Positions 1 to 15,000 of a DNA stretch of 64,000 bases are shown piece by piece (position 1 is the first letter of the stretch; every line of letters begins with the position of its first letter). The notes beneath the pieces were generated by a model. The model was not told the origin of the DNA. It saw nothing but the letters and a program-made list of their open reading frames with translations, and made no database searches. The DNA lies in assembly GCA_964016885.1 (NCBI GenBank), contig OZ024743.1, forward strand, positions 250,604,001 to 250,668,000, given 5' to 3'. The position numbers and the translations under genes were made by a program. The stretch is from Eledone cirrhosa (lineage: Eukaryota).

Positions 1-3000
1 ATACCAGACTGTAAGGTAGTGGTAGTGACAAGTGTGGTATACCAGACTAGAAGGTAGTGGTAGTGACAAGTGTGGTATACCAGACTAGAAGGTAGTGGTA
101 GTGACAAGTATGGTATACCAGACTAGAAGGTAGTAGTGGTAGTGACAAGTGTGGTATACCAGACTAGAAGGTAGTAGTGGTAGTGACAAGTGTGGTATAC
201 CAGACTAGAAGGTAGTGGTAGTGACAAGTGTGGTATACCAGCCTAGAAGGTAGTAGTGGTAGTGACAAGTGTGGTATAACAGACAAGAAGGTAGTAGTGG
301 TAGTGACAAGTGTGGTATACCAGACTAGAAGGTAGTAGTGGTAGTGACAAGTGTGGTATACCAGACTAGAAGGTGGTGGTAGTGACAAGTGTGGTATACC
401 AGACTAGAAGGTGGTGGTAGTGACAAGTGTGGTATACCAGGCTAGAAGGTAGTAGTGGTAGTGACAAGTGTGGTATACCAGACTAGAAGGTAGTAGTGGT
501 AGTGACAAGTGTGGTATACCAGACTAGAAGGTAGTAGTGGTAGTGACAAGTGTGGTATACCAGCCTAGAAGGTAGTAGTGGTAGTGACAAGTGTGGTATA
601 CCAGACTAGAAGGTAGTAGTGGTAGTGACAAGTGTGGTATACCAGACTAGAAGGTAGTAGTGGTAGTGACAAGTGTGGTATACCAGACTAGAAGGTAGTG
701 GTAGTGACAAGTGTGGTATACCATACTAGAAGGTAGTAGTGGTAGTGACAAGTGTGGTATACCAGGCTAGAAGGTAGTAGTGGTAGTGACAAGTGTGGTA
801 TACCAGGCTAGAAGGTAGTAGTGGTAGTGACAAGTGTGGTATACCAGACTAGAAGGTAGTAGTGGTAGTGACAAGTGTGGTATACCAGACTAGAAGGTAG
901 TAGTGGTAGTGACAAGTGTGGTATACCAGACTAGAAGGTAGTAGTGGTAGTGACAAGTGTGGTATACCAGACTAGAAGGTAGTGGTAGTGACAAGTGTGG
1001 TATACCAGGCTAGAAGGTAGTAGTGGTAGTGACAAGTGTGGTATACCAGACTAGAAGGTAGTAGTGGTAGTGACAAGTGTGGTATACCAGACTAGAAGGT
1101 AGTGGTAGTGACAAGTGTGGTATACCAGGCTAGAAGGTAGTAGTGGTAGTGACAAGTGTGGTATACCAGACTGTAAGGTAGTGGTAGTGACAAGTGTGGT
1201 ATACCAGCCTAGAAGGTAGTGGTAGTGACAAGTGTGGTATACCAGCCTAGAAGGTAGTAGTGGTAGTGACAAGTGTGGTATAACAGACTAGAAGGTAGTG
1301 GTAGTGACAAGTGTGGTATACCAGACTAGAAGGTAGTGGTAGTGACAAGTGTGGTATACCAGACTAGAAGGTAGTGTCAAGTGTGGTATACCTGACAAGA
1401 AGGTAGTAGTGGTAGTGACAAGTGTGGTATACCAGACTAGAAGGTAGTAGTGGTAGTGACAAGTGTGGTATACCAGACTAGAAGGTAGTGGTAGTGACAA
1501 GTGTGGTATACCAGACTAGAAGGTAGTAGTGGTAGTGACAAGTGTGGTATACCAGACTGTAAGGTAGTGGTAGTGACAAGTGTGGTATACCAGCCTAGAA
1601 GGTAGTGGTAGTGACAAGTGTGGTATACCAGCCTAGAAGGTAGTAGTGGTAGTGACAAGTGTGGTATAACAGACTAGAAGGTAGTGGTAGTGACAAGTGT
1701 GGTATACCAGACTAGAAGGTAGTGGTAGTGACAAGTGTGGTATACCAGACTAGAAGGTAGTGTCAAGTGTGGTATACCTGACAAGAAGGTAGTAGTGGTA
1801 GTGACAAGTGTGGTATACCAGACTAGAAGGTAGTAGTGGTAGTGACAAGTGTGGTATACCAGACTAGAAGGTAGTGGTAGTGACAAGTGTGGTATTCCAG
1901 ACTAGAAGGTAGTAGTGGTAGTGACAAGTGTGGTATACCAGACTAGAAGGTAGTGGTAGTGACAAGTGTGGTATACCAGACTAGAAGGTAGTAGTGGTAG
2001 TGACAAGTGTGGTATACCAGACTGTAAGGTAGTGGTAGTGACAAGTGTGGTATACCAGACTAGAAGGTAGTGGTAGTGACAAGTGTGGTATACCAGACTA
2101 GAAGGTAGTGGTAGTGACAAGTGTGGTATACCAGACTAGAAGGTAGTAGTGGTAGTGACAAGTGTGGTATACCAGACTAGAAGGTAGTAGTGGTAGTGAC
2201 AAGTGTGGTATACCATACTAGAAGGTAGTAGTGGTAGTGACAAGTGTGGTATACCTGACTAGAAGGTAGTGGTAGTGACAAGTGTGGTATACCAGACTAG
2301 AAGGTAGTGGTAGTGACAAGTGTGGTATACCAGACTAGAAGGTAGTAGTGGTAGTGACAAGTGTGGTATACCATACTAGAAGGTAGTAGTGGTAGTGACA
2401 AGTGTGGTATACCAGACTAGAAGGTAGTGGTAGTGACAAGTGTGGTATACCAGACTAGAAGGTAGTAGTGGTAGTGACAAGTGTGGTATACCAGACTGTA
2501 AGGTAGTGGTAGTGACAAGTGTGGTATACCAGACTAGAAGGTAGTGGTAGTGACAAGTGTGGTATACCAGACTAGAAGGTAGTGGTAGTGACAAGTGTGG
2601 TATACCAGACTAGAAGGTAGTAGTGGTAGTGACAAGTGTGGTATACCAGACTAGAAGGTAGTAGTGGTAGTGACAAGTGTGGTATACCATACTAGAAGGT
2701 AGTAGTGGTAGTGACAAGTGTGGTATACCTGACTAGAAGGTAGTGGTAGTGACAAGTGTGGTATACCAGACTAGAAGGTAGTGGTAGTGACAAGTGTGGT
2801 ATACCAGACTAGAAGGTAGTAGTGGTAGTGACAAGTGTGGTATACCATACTAGAAGGTAGTAGTGGTAGTGACAAGTGTGGTATACCAGACTAGAAGGTA
2901 GTAGTGGTAGTGACAAGTGTGGTATACCAGACTGTAAGGTAGTGGTAGTGACAAGTGTGGTATACCAGACTAGAAGGTAGTGGTAGTGACAAGTGTGGTA

Positions 3001-6000
3001 TACCAGACTAGAAGGTAGTGGTAGTGACAAGTATGGTATACCAGACTAGAAGGTAGTAGTGGTAGTGACAAGTGTGGTATACCAGACTAGAAGGTAGTAG
3101 TGGTAGTGACAAGTGTGGTATACCAGACTAGAAGGTAGTGGTAGTGACAAGTGTGGTATACCAGCCTAGAAGGTAGTAGTGGTAGTGACAAGTGTGGTAT
3201 AACAGACAAGAAGGTAGTAGTGGTAGTGACAAGTGTGGTATACCAGACTAGAAGGTAGTAGTGGTAGTGACAAGTGTGGTATACCAGACTAGAAGGTGGT
3301 GGTAGTGACAAGTGTGGTATACCAGACTAGAAGGTGGTGGTAGTGACAAGTGTGGTATACCAGGCTAGAAGGTAGTAGTGGTAGTGACAAGTGTGGTATA
3401 CCAGACTAGAAGGTAGTAGTGGTAGTGACAAGTGTGGTATACCAGACTAGAAGGTAGTAGTGGTAGTGACAAGTGTGGTATACCAGCCTAGAAGGTAGTA
3501 GTGGTAGTGACAAGTGTGGTATACCAGACTAGAAGGTAGTAGTGGTAGTGACAAGTGTGGTATACCAGACTAGAAGGTAGTAGTGGTAGTGACAAGTGTG
3601 GTATACCAGACTAGAAGGTAGTGGTAGTGACAAGTGTGGTATACCAGGCTAGAAGGTAGTAGTGGTAGTGACAAGTGTGGTATACCAGACTAGAAGGTAG
3701 TAGTGGTAGTGACAAGTGTGGTATACCAGACTAGAAGGTAGTAGTGGTAGTGACAAGTGTGGTATACCAGACTAGAAGGTAGTAGTGGTAGTGACAAGTG
3801 TGGTATACCAGACTAGAAGGTAGTGGTAGTGACAAGTGTGGTATACCAGACTAGAAGGTAGTGGTAGTGACAAGTGTGGTATACCAGACTAGAAGGTAGT
3901 GTCAAGTGTGGTATACCTGACAAGAAGGTAGTAGTGGTAGTGACAAGTGTGGTATACCAGGCTAGAAGGTAGTAGTGGTAGTGACAAGTGTGGTATACCA
4001 GACTAGAAGGTAGTAGTGGTAGTGACAAGTGTGGTATACCAGACTAGAAGGTAGTGGTAATGACAAGTGTGGTATACCAGGCTAGAAGGTAGTAGTGGAA
4101 GTGACAAGTGTGGTATACCAGACTGTAAGGTAGTGGTAGTGACAAGTGTGGTATACCAGCCTAGAAGGTAGTGGTAGTGACAAGTGTGGTATACCAGACT
4201 AGAAGGTAGTGTCAAGTGTGGTATACCTGACAAGAAGGTAGTAGTGGTAGTGACAAATGTGGTATACCAGACTGTAAGGTAGTGGTAGTGACAAGTGTGG
4301 TATACCAGCCTAGAAGGTAGTGGTAGTGACAAGTGTGGTATACCAGCCTAGAAGTTAGTAGTGGTAGTGACAAGTGTGGTATAACAGACTAGAAGGTAGT
4401 GGTAGTGACAAGTGTGGTATACCAGACTAGAAGGTAGTGGTAGTGACAAGTGTGGTATACCAGACTAGAAGGTAGTGGTAGTGACAAGTGTGGTATACCA
4501 GACTAGAAGGTAGTGTCAAGTGTGGTATACCTGACAAGAAGGTAGTAGTGGTAGTGACAAGTGTGGTATACCAGACTAGAAGGTAGTAGTGGTAGTGACA
4601 AGTGTGGTATACCAGACTAGAAGGTAGTGGTAGTGACAAGTGTGGTATTCCAGACTAGAAGGTAGTAGTGGTAGTGACAAGTGTGGTATACCAGACTAGA
4701 AGGTAGTGGTAGTGACAAGTGTGGTATACCAGACTAGAAGGTAGTAGTGGTAGTGACAAGTGTGGTATACCAGACTGTAAGGTAGTGGTAGTGACAAGTG
4801 TGGTATACCAGACTAGAAGGTAGTGGTAGTGACAAGTGTGGTATACCAGACTAGAAGGTAGTGGTAGTGACAAGTGTGGTATACCAGACTAGAAGGTAGT
4901 AGTGGTAGTGACAAGTGTGGTATACCAGACTAGAAGGTAGTAGTGGTAGTGACAAGTGTGGTATACCAGACTATAAGGTAGTGGTAGTGAGAAGTGTGGT
5001 ATACCAGACTAGAAGGTAGTGGTAGTGACAAGTGTGGTATACCAGACTAGAAGGTAGTAGTGGTAGTGACAAGTGTGGTATACCAGACTGTAAGGTAGTG
5101 GTAGTGACAAGTGTGGTATACCAGACTAGAAGGTAGTGGTAGTGACAAGTGTGGTATACCAGACTAGAAGGTAGTGGTAGTGACAAGTGTGGTATACCAG
5201 ACTAGAAGGTAGTGGTAGTGACAAGTGTGGTATACCAGACTAGAAGGTAGTGGTAGTGACAAGTATGGTATACCAGACTAGAAGGTAGTAGTGGTAGTGA
5301 CAAGTGTGGTATACCAGACTAGAAGGTAGTAGTGGTAGTGACAAGTGTGGTATACTAGACTAGAAGGTAGTGGTAGTGACAAGTGTGGTATACCAGCCTA
5401 GAAGGTAGTAGTGGTAGTGACAAGTGTGGTATAACAGACAAGAAGGTAGTGGTAGTGACAAGTGTGGTATACCAGACTAGAAGGTAGTAGTGGTAGTGAC
5501 AAGTGTGGTATACCAGACTAGAAGGTAGTAGTGGTAGTGACAAGTGTGGTATACCAGACTAGAAGGTAGTGTCAAGTGTGGTATACCTGACAAGAAGGTA
5601 GTAGTGGTAGTGACAAGTGTGGTATACCTGACAAGAAGGTAGTAGTGGTAGTGACAAGTGTGGTATACCAGACTAGAAGGTAGTAGTGGTAGTGACAAGT
5701 GTGGTATTCCAGACTAGAAGGTAGTAGTGGTAGTGACAAGTGTGGTATACCAGACTAGAAGGTAGTGGTAGTGACAAGTGTGGTATACCAGACTAGAAGG
5801 TAGTAGTGGTAGTGACAAGTGTGGTATACCAGACTGTAAGGTAGTGGTAGTGACAAGTGTGGTATACCAGACTAGAAGGTAGTAGTGGTAGTGACAAGTG
5901 TGGTATACCAGACTAGAAGGTAGTAGTGGTAGTGACAAGTGTGGTATACCAGACTAGAAGGTAGTGTCAAGTGTGGTATACCTGACAAGAAGGTAGTAGT

Positions 6001-9000
6001 GGTAGTGACAAGTGTGGTATACCTGACAAGAAGGTAGTAGTGGTAGTGACAAGTGTGGTATACCAGACTAGAAGGTAGTAGTGGTAGTGACAAGTGTGGT
6101 ATACCAGACTAGAAGGTAGTAGTGGTAGTGACAAGTGTGGTATACCAGACTAGAAGGTAGTAGTGGTAGTGACAAGTGTGGTATACCAGACTAGAAGGTA
6201 GTGTCAAGTGTGGTATACCTGACAAGAAGGTAGTAGTGGTAGTGACAAGTGTGGTATACCTGACAAGAAGGTAGTAGTGGTAGTGACAAGTGTGGTATAC
6301 CAGACTAGAAGGTAGTAGTGGTAGTGACAAGTGTGGTATTCCAGACTAGAAGGTAGTAGTGGTAGTGACAAGTGTGGTATACCAGACTAGAAGGTAGTGG
6401 TAGTGACAAGTGTGGTATACCAGACTAGAAGGTAGTAGTGGTAGTGACAAGTGTGGTATACCAGACTGTAAGGTAGTGGTAGTGACAAGTGTGGTATACC
6501 AGACTAGAAGGTAGTGGTAGTGACAAGTGTGGTATACCAGACTAGAAGGTAGTAGTGGTAGTGACAAGTGTGGTATACCAGACTAGAAGGTAGTAGTGGT
6601 AGTGACAAGTGTGGTATACCAGACTATAAGGTAGTGGTAGTGAGAAGTGTGGTATACCAGACTAGAAGGTAGTGGTAGTGACAAGTGTGGTATACCAGAC
6701 TAGAAGGTAGTAGTGGTAGTGACAAGTGTGGTATACCAGACTGTAAGGTAGTGGTAGTGACAAGTGTGGTATACCAGACTAGAAGGTAGTGGTAGTGACA
6801 AGTGTGGTATACCAGACTAGAAGGTAGTGGTAGTGACAAGTATGGTATACCAGACTAGAAGGTAGTAGTGGTAGTGACAAGTGTGGTATACCAGACTAGA
6901 AGGTAGTAGTGGTAGTGACAAGTGTGGTATACCAGACTAGAAGGTAGTGGTAGTGACAAGTGTGGTATACCAGCCTAGAAGGTAGTAGTGGTAGTGACAA
7001 GTGTGGTATAACAGACAAGAAGGTAGTAGTGGTAGTGACAAGTGTGGTATACCAGACTAGAAGGTAGTAGTGGTAGTGACAAGTGTGGTATACCAGACTA
7101 GAAGGTAGTGGTAGTGACAAGTGTGGTATACCAGACTAGAAGGTAGTAGTGGTAGTGACAAGTGTGGTATACCAGACTAGAAGGTGGTGGTAGTGACAAG
7201 TGTGGTATACCAGACTAGAAGGTGGTGGTAGTGACAAGTGTGGTATACCAGGCTAGAAGGTAGTAGTGGTAGTGACAAGTGTGGTATACCAGACTAGAAG
7301 GTAGTAGTGGTAGTGACAAGTGTGGTATACCAGACTAGAAGGTAGTAGTGGTAGTGACAAGTGTGGTATACCAGCCTAGAAGGTAGTAGTGGTAGTGACA
7401 AGTGTGGTATACCAGACTAGAAGGTAGTAGTGGTAGTGACAAGTGTGGTATACCAGGCTAGAAGGTAGTAGTGGTAGTGACAAGTGTGGTATACCAGCCT
7501 AGAAGGTAGTAGTGGTAGTGACAAGTGTGGTATACCAGACTAGAAGGTAGTGGTAGTGACAAGTGTGGTATACCAGGCTAGAAGGTAGTAGTGGTAGTGA
7601 CAAGTGTGGTATACCAGACTAGAAGGTAGTAGTGGTAGTGACAAGTGTGGTATACCAGACTAGAAGGTAGTAGTGGTAGTGACAAGTGTGGTATACCAGA
7701 CTAGAAGGTAGTAGTGGTAGTGACAAGTGTGGTATACCAGACTAGAAGGTAGTGGTAGTGACAAGTGTGGTATACCAGGCTAGAAGGTAGTAGTGGTAGT
7801 GACAAGTGTGGTATACCAGACTAGAAGGTAGTGGTAGTGACAAGTGTGGTATACCAGGCTAGAAGGTAGTAGTGGTAGTGACAAGTGTGGTATACCAGAC
7901 TGTAAGGTAGTGGTAGTGACAAGTGTTGTATACCAGCCTAGAAGGTAGTGGTAGTGACAAGTGTGGTATACCAGCCTAGAAGGTAGTAGTGGTAGTGACA
8001 AGTGTGGTATAACAGACTAGAAGGTAGTGGTAGTGACAAGTGTGGTATACCAGACTAGAAGGTACTGGTAGTGACAAGTGTGGTATACCAGACTAGAAGG
8101 TAGTGGTAGTGACAAGTGTGGTATACCAGACTAGAAGGTAGTGTCAAGTGTGGTATACCTGACAAGAAGGTAGTAGTGGTAGTGACAAGTGTGGTATACC
8201 AGACTAGAAGGTAGTAGTGGTAGTGACAAGTGTGGTATACCAGACTAGAAGGTAGTGGTAGTGACAAGTGTGGTATTCCAGACTAGAAGGTAGTAGTGGT
8301 AGTGACAAGTGTGGTATACCAGACTAGAAGGTAGTGGTAGTGACAAGTATGGTATACCAGACTAGAAGGTAGTAGTGGTAGTGACAAGTGTGGTATACCA
8401 GACTGTAAGGTAGTGGTAGTGACAAGTGTGGTATACCAGACTAGAAGGTAGTGGTAGTGACAAGTGTGGTATACCAGACTAGAAGGTAGTGGTAGTGACA
8501 AGTGTGGTATACCAGACTAGAAGGTAGTAGTGGTAGTGACAAGTGTGGTATACCAGACTAGAAGGTAGTAGTGGTAGTGACAAGTGTGGTATACCAGACT
8601 ATAAGGTAGTGGTAGTGAGAAGTGTGGTATACCAGACTAGAAGGTAGTGGTAGTGACAAGTGTGGTATACCAGACTAGAAGGTAGTAGTGGTAGTGACAA
8701 GTGTGGTATAACAGACAAGAAGGTAGTAGTGGTAGTGACAAGTGTGGTATACCAGACTAGAAGGTAGTAGTGGTAGTGACAAGTGTGGTATACCAGACTA
8801 GAAGGTGGTGGTAGTGGCAAGTGTGGTATACCAGACTAGAAGGTGGTGGTAGTGACAAGTGTGGTATACCAGGCTAGAAGGTAGTAGTGGTAGTGACAAG
8901 TGTGGTATACCAGACTAGAAGGTAGTAGTGGTAGTGACAAGTGTGGTATACCAGACTAGAAGGTAGTAGTGGTAGTGACAAGTGTGGTATACCAGCCTAG

Positions 9001-12000
9001 AAGGTAGTAGTGGTAGTGACAAGTGTGGTATACCAGACTAGAAGGTAGTAGTGGTAGTGACAAGTGTGGTATACCAGACTAGAAGGTAGTAGTGGTAGTG
9101 ACAAGTGTGGTATACCAGACTAGAAGGTAGTGGTAGTGACAAGTGTGGTATACCAGGCTAGAAGGTAGTAGTGGTAGTGACAAGTGTGGTATACCAGACT
9201 AGAAGGTAGTAGTGGTAGTGACAAGTGTGGTATACCAGACTAGAAGGTAGTAGTGGTAGTGACAAGTGTGGTATACCAGACTAGAAGGTAGTAGTGGTAG
9301 TGACAAGTGTGGTATACCAGACTAGAAGGTAGTGGTAGTGACAAGTGTGGTATACCAGGCTAGAAGGTAGTAGTGGTAGTGACAAGTGTGGTATACCAGA
9401 CTAGAAGGTAGTAGTGGTAGTGACAAGTGTGGTATACCAGACTAGAAGGTAGTGGTAGTGACAAGTGTGGTATACCAGGCTAGAAGGTAGTAGTGGTAGT
9501 GACAAGTGTGGTATACCAGACTGTAAGGTAGTGGTAGTGACAAGTGTGGTATACCAGCCTAGAAGGTAGTGGTAGTGACAAGTGTGGTATAACAGACTAG
9601 AAGGTAGTGGTAGTGACAAGTGTGGTATACCAGACTAGAAGGTAGTGGTAGTGACAAGTGTGGTATACCAGACTAGAAGGTAGTGGTAGTGACAAGTGTG
9701 GTATACCAGACTATAAGGTAGTAGTGGTAGTGACAAGTGTGGTATACCAGACTGTAATGTAGTGGTGGTGACAAGTGTGGTGTACCATACTAGAAGGTAG
9801 TGGTAGTGACAAGTGTGGTATACCAGACTAGAAGGTAGTGGTAGTGACAAGTGTGGTATACCAGACTAGAAGGTAGTAGTGGTAGTGACAAGTGTGGTAT
9901 ACCAGACTAGAAGGTAGTGGTAGTGACAAGTGTGGTATACCAGCCTAGAAGGCAGTGGTAGTGACAAGTGTGGTATACCAGACTAGAAGGTAGTAGTGGT
10001 AGTGACAAGTGTGGTATACCAGACTGTAAGGTAGTGGTGGTGACAAGTGTGGTATACCATACTAGAAGGTAGTGGTAGTGACAAGTGTGGTATACCAGAC
10101 TAGAAGGTAGTAGTGGTAGTGACAAGTGTGGTATACCAGACTAGAAGGTAGTGGTAGTGACAAGTGTGGTATACCAGACTAGAAGGTAGTGGTAGTGACA
10201 AGTGTGGTATACCAGCCTAGAAGGTAGTAGTGGTAGTGACAAGTGTGGTATACCAGACTAGAAGGTAGTGGTAGTGACAAGTGTGGTATACCAGACTAGA
10301 AGGTAGTAGTGGTAGTGACAAGTGTGGTATACCAGACTAGAAGGTAGTAGTGGTAGTGACAAGTGTGGTATACCAGACTAGAAGGTAGTGGTAGTGACAA
10401 GTGTGGTATTCCAGACTAGAAGGTAGTAGTGGTAGTGACAAGTGTGGTATACCAGACTAGAAGGTAGTGGTAGTGACAAGTGTGGTATACCAGACTAGAA
10501 GGTAGTAGTGGTAGTGACAAGTGTGGTATACCAGACTGTAAGGTAGTGGTAGTGACAAGTGTGGTATACCAGACTAGAAGGTAGTGGTAGTGACAAGTGT
10601 GGTATACCAGACTAGAAGGTAGTGGTAGTGACAAGTGTGGTATACCAGCCTAGAAGGCAGTGGTAGTGACAAGTGTGGTATACCAGACTAGAAGGTAGTA
10701 GTGGTAGTGACAAGTGTGGTACACCAGACTGTAAGGTAGTGGTGGTGACAAGTGTGGTATACCATACTAGAAGGTAGTGGTAGTGAGAAGTGTGGTATAC
10801 CAGACTAGAAGGTAGTAGTGGTAGTGACAAGTGTGGTATACCAGACTAGAAGGTAGTAGTGGTAGTGACAAGTGTGGTATACCAGACTAGAATGTAGTGG
10901 TAGTGACAAGTGTGGTATACCAGACTAGAAGGTAGTGGTAGTGACAAATGTGGTATACCAGCCTAGAAGGTAGTGGTAGTGACAAGTGTGGTATACCAGA
11001 CTAGAAGGTAGTGGAGGTGACAAGTGTGGTATACCAGACTAGAAGGTAGTAGTGGTAGTGACAAGTGTGGTATACCAGACTAGAAGGTAGTGGTAGTGAC
11101 AAGTGTGGTATACCAGACTATAAGGTAGTGGTGGTGACAAGTGTGGTATACCAGACTAGAAGGTAGTAGTGGTAGTGACAAGTGTGGTATACGAGACTAG
11201 AAGGTAGTAGTGGTAGTGACAAGTGTGGTATACCAGACTAGAAGGTAGTGTCAAGTGTGGTATACCTGACAAGAAGGTAGTAGTGGTAGTGACAAGTGTG
11301 GTATACCAGACTAGAAGGTAGTAGTGGTAGTGACAAGTGTGGTATACCAGACTAGAAGGTAGTGGTAGTGACAAGTGTGGTATTCCAGACTAGAAGGTAG
11401 TAGTGGTAGTGACAAGTGTGGTATACCAGACTAGAAGGTAGTGGTAGTGACAAGTGTGGTATACCAGACTAGAAGGTAGTAGTGGTAGTGACAAGTGTTG
11501 TATACCAGACTGTAAGGTAGTGGTAGTGACAAGTGTGGTATACCAGACTAGAAGGTAGTGGTAGTGACAAGTGTGGTATACCAGACTAGAAGGTAGTGGT
11601 AGTGACAAGTGTGGTATACCAGACTAGAAGGTAGTAGTGGTAGTGACAAGTGTGGTATACCAGACTAGAAGGTAGTAGTGGTAGTGACAAGTGTGGTATA
11701 CCAGACTATAAGGTAGTGGTAGTGAGAAGTGTGGTATACCAGACTAGAAGGTAGTGGTAGTGACAAGTGTGGTATACCAGACTAGAAGGTAGTAGTGGTA
11801 GTGACAAGTGTGGTATACCAGACTGTAAGGTAGTGGTAGTGACAAGTGTGGTATACCAGACTAGAAGGTAGTGGTAGTGACAAGTGTGGTATACCAGACT
11901 AGAAGGTAGTGGTAGTGACAAGTATGGTATACCAGACTAGAAGGTAGTAGTGGTAGTGACAAGTGTGGTATACCAGACTAGAAGGTAGTAGTGGTAGTGA

Positions 12001-15000
12001 CAAGTGTGGTATACCAGACTAGAAGGTAGTGGTAGTGACAAGTGTGGTATACCAGCCTAGAAGGTAGTAGTGGTAGTGACAAGTGTGGTATAACAGACAA
12101 GAAGGTAGTAGTGGTAGTGACAAGTGTGGTATACCAGACTAGAAGGTAGTAGTGGTAGTGACAAGTGTGGTATACCAGACTAGAAGGTGGTGGTAGTGAC
12201 AAGTGTGGTATACCAGACTAGAAGGTGGTGGTAGTGACAAGTGTGGTATACCAGGCTAGAAGGTAGTAGTGGTAGTGACAAGTGTGGTATACCAGACTAG
12301 AAGGTAGTAGTGGTAGTGACAAGTGTGGTATACCAGACTAGAAGGTAGTAGTGGTAGTGACAAGTGTGGTATACCAGCCTAGAAGGTAGTAGTGGTAGTG
12401 ACAAGTGTGGTATACCAGACTAGAAGGTAGTAGTGGTAGTGACAAGTGTGGTATACCAGACTAGAAGGTAGTAGTGGTAGTGACAAGTGTGGTATACCAG
12501 ACTAGAAGGTAGTGGTAGTGACAAGTGTGGTATACCAGGCTAGAAGGTAGTAGTGGTAGTGACAAGTGTGGTATACCAGACTAGAAGGTAGTAGTGGTAG
12601 TGACAAGTGTGGTATACCAGACTAGAAGGTAGTAGTGGTAGTGACAAGTGTGGTATACCAGACTAGAAGGTAGTAGTGGTAGTGACAAGTGTGGTATACC
12701 AGACTAGAAGGTAGTGGTAGTGACAAGTGTGGTATACCAGGCTAGAAGGTAGTAGTGGTAGTGACAAGTGTGGTATACCAGACTAGAAGGTAGTAGTGGT
12801 AGTGACAAGTGTGGTATACCAGACTAGAAGGTAGTGGTAGTGACAAGTGTGGTATACCAGGCTAGAAGGTAGTAGTGGTAGTGACAAGTGTGGTATACCA
12901 GACTGTAAGGTAGTGGTAGTGACAAGTGTGGTATACCAGCCTAGAAGGTAGTGGTAGTGACAAGTGTGGTATACCAGACTAGAAGGTAGTGTCAAGTGTG
13001 GTATACCTGACAAGAAGGTAGTAGTGGTAGTGACAAATGTGGTATACCAGACTGTAAGGTAGTGGTAGTGACAAGTGTGGTATACCAGCCTAGAAGGTAG
13101 TGGTAGTGACAAGTGTGGTATACCAGCCTAGAAGTTAGTAGTGGTAGTGACAAGTGTGGTATAACAGACTAGAAGGTAGTGGTAGTGACAAGTGTGGTAT
13201 ACCAGACTAGAAGGTAGTGGTAGTGACAAGTGTGGTATACCAGACTAGAAGGTAGTGGTAGTGACAAGTGTGGTATACCAGACTAGAAGGTAGTGTCAAG
13301 TGTGGTATACCTGACAAGAAGGTAGTAGTGGTAGTGACAAGTGTGGTATACCAGACTAGAAGGTAGTAGTGGTAGTGACAAGTGTGGTATACCAGACTAG
13401 AAGGTAGTGGTAGTGACAAGTGTGGTATTCCAGACTAGAAGGTAGTAGTGGTAGTGACAAGTGTGGTATACCAGACTAGAAGGTAGTGGTAGTGACAAGT
13501 GTGGTATACCAGACTAGAAGGTAGTAGTGGTAGTGACAAGTGTGGTATACCAGACTGTAAGGTAGTGGTAGTGACAAGTGTGGTATACCAGACTAGAAGG
13601 TAGTGGTAGTGACAAGTGTGGTATACCAGACTAGAAGGTAGTGGTAGTGACAAGTTTGGTATACCAGACTAGAAGGTAGTAGTGGTAGTGACAAGTGTGG
13701 TATACCAGACTAGAAGGTAGTAGTGGTAGTGACAAGTGTGGTATACCAGACTATAAGGTAGTGGTAGTGAGAAGTGTGGTATACCAGACTAGAAGGTAGT
13801 GGTAGTGACAAGTGTGGTATACCAGACTAGAAGGTAGTAGTGGTAGTGACAAGTGTGGTATACCAGACTGTAAGGTAGTGGTAGTGACAAGTGTGGTATA
13901 CCAGACTAGAAGGTAGTGGTAGTGACAAGTGTGGTATACCAGACTAGAAGGTAGTGGTAGTGACAAGTATGGTATACCAGACTAGAAGGTAGTAGTGGTA
14001 GTGACAAGTGTGGTATACCAGACTAGAAGGTAGTAGTGGTAGTGACAAGTGTGGTATACCAGACTAGAAGGTAGTGGTAGTGACAAGTGTGGTATACCAG
14101 CCTAGAAGGTAGTAGTGGTAGTGACAAGTGTGGTATAACAGACAAGAAGGTAGTAGTGGTAGTGACAAGTGTCGTATACCAGACTAGAAGGTAGTAGTGG
14201 TAGTGACAAGTGTGGTATACCAGACTAGAAGGTAGTAGTGGTAGTGACAAGTGTGGTATACCAGACTAGAAGGTAGTGGTAGTGACAAGTGTGGTATACC
14301 AGGCTAGAAGGTAGTAGTGGTAGTGACAAGTGTGGTATACCAGACTAGAAGGTAGTAGTGGTAGTGACAAGTGTGGTATACCAGACTAGAAGGTAGTAGT
14401 GGTAGTGACAAGTGTGGTATACCAGACTAGAAGGTAGTGTCAAGTGTGGTATACCTGACAAGAAGGTAGTAGTGGTAGTGACAAGTGTGGTATACCAGAC
14501 TAGAAGGTAGTAGTGGTAGTGACAAGTGTGGTATACCAGACTAGAAGGTAGTGGTAGTGACAAGTGTGGTATTCCAGACTAGAAGGTAGTAGTGGTAGTG
14601 ACAAGTGTGTTATACCAGACTAGAAGGTAGTGGTAGTGACAAGTGTGGTATACCAGACTAGAAGGTAGTAGTAGTGACAAGTGTGTTATACCAGACTAGA
14701 AGGTAGTGGTAGTGACAAGTGTGGTATACCAGACTAGAAGGTAGTGGTGGTAGTGACAAGTGTGGTATACCAGACTAGAAGGTAGTAGTGGTAGTGACAA
14801 GTGTGGTATACCAGACTGTAAGGTAGTGGTAGTGACAAGTGTGGTATACCAGACTAGAAGGTAGTGGTAGTGACAAGTGTGGTATACCAGACTAGAAGGT
14901 AGTAGTGGTAGTGACAAGTGTGGTATACCAGACTAGAAGGTAGTGGTAGTGACAAGTGTGGTATACCAGACTATAAGGTAGTGGTAGTGAGAAGTGTGGT

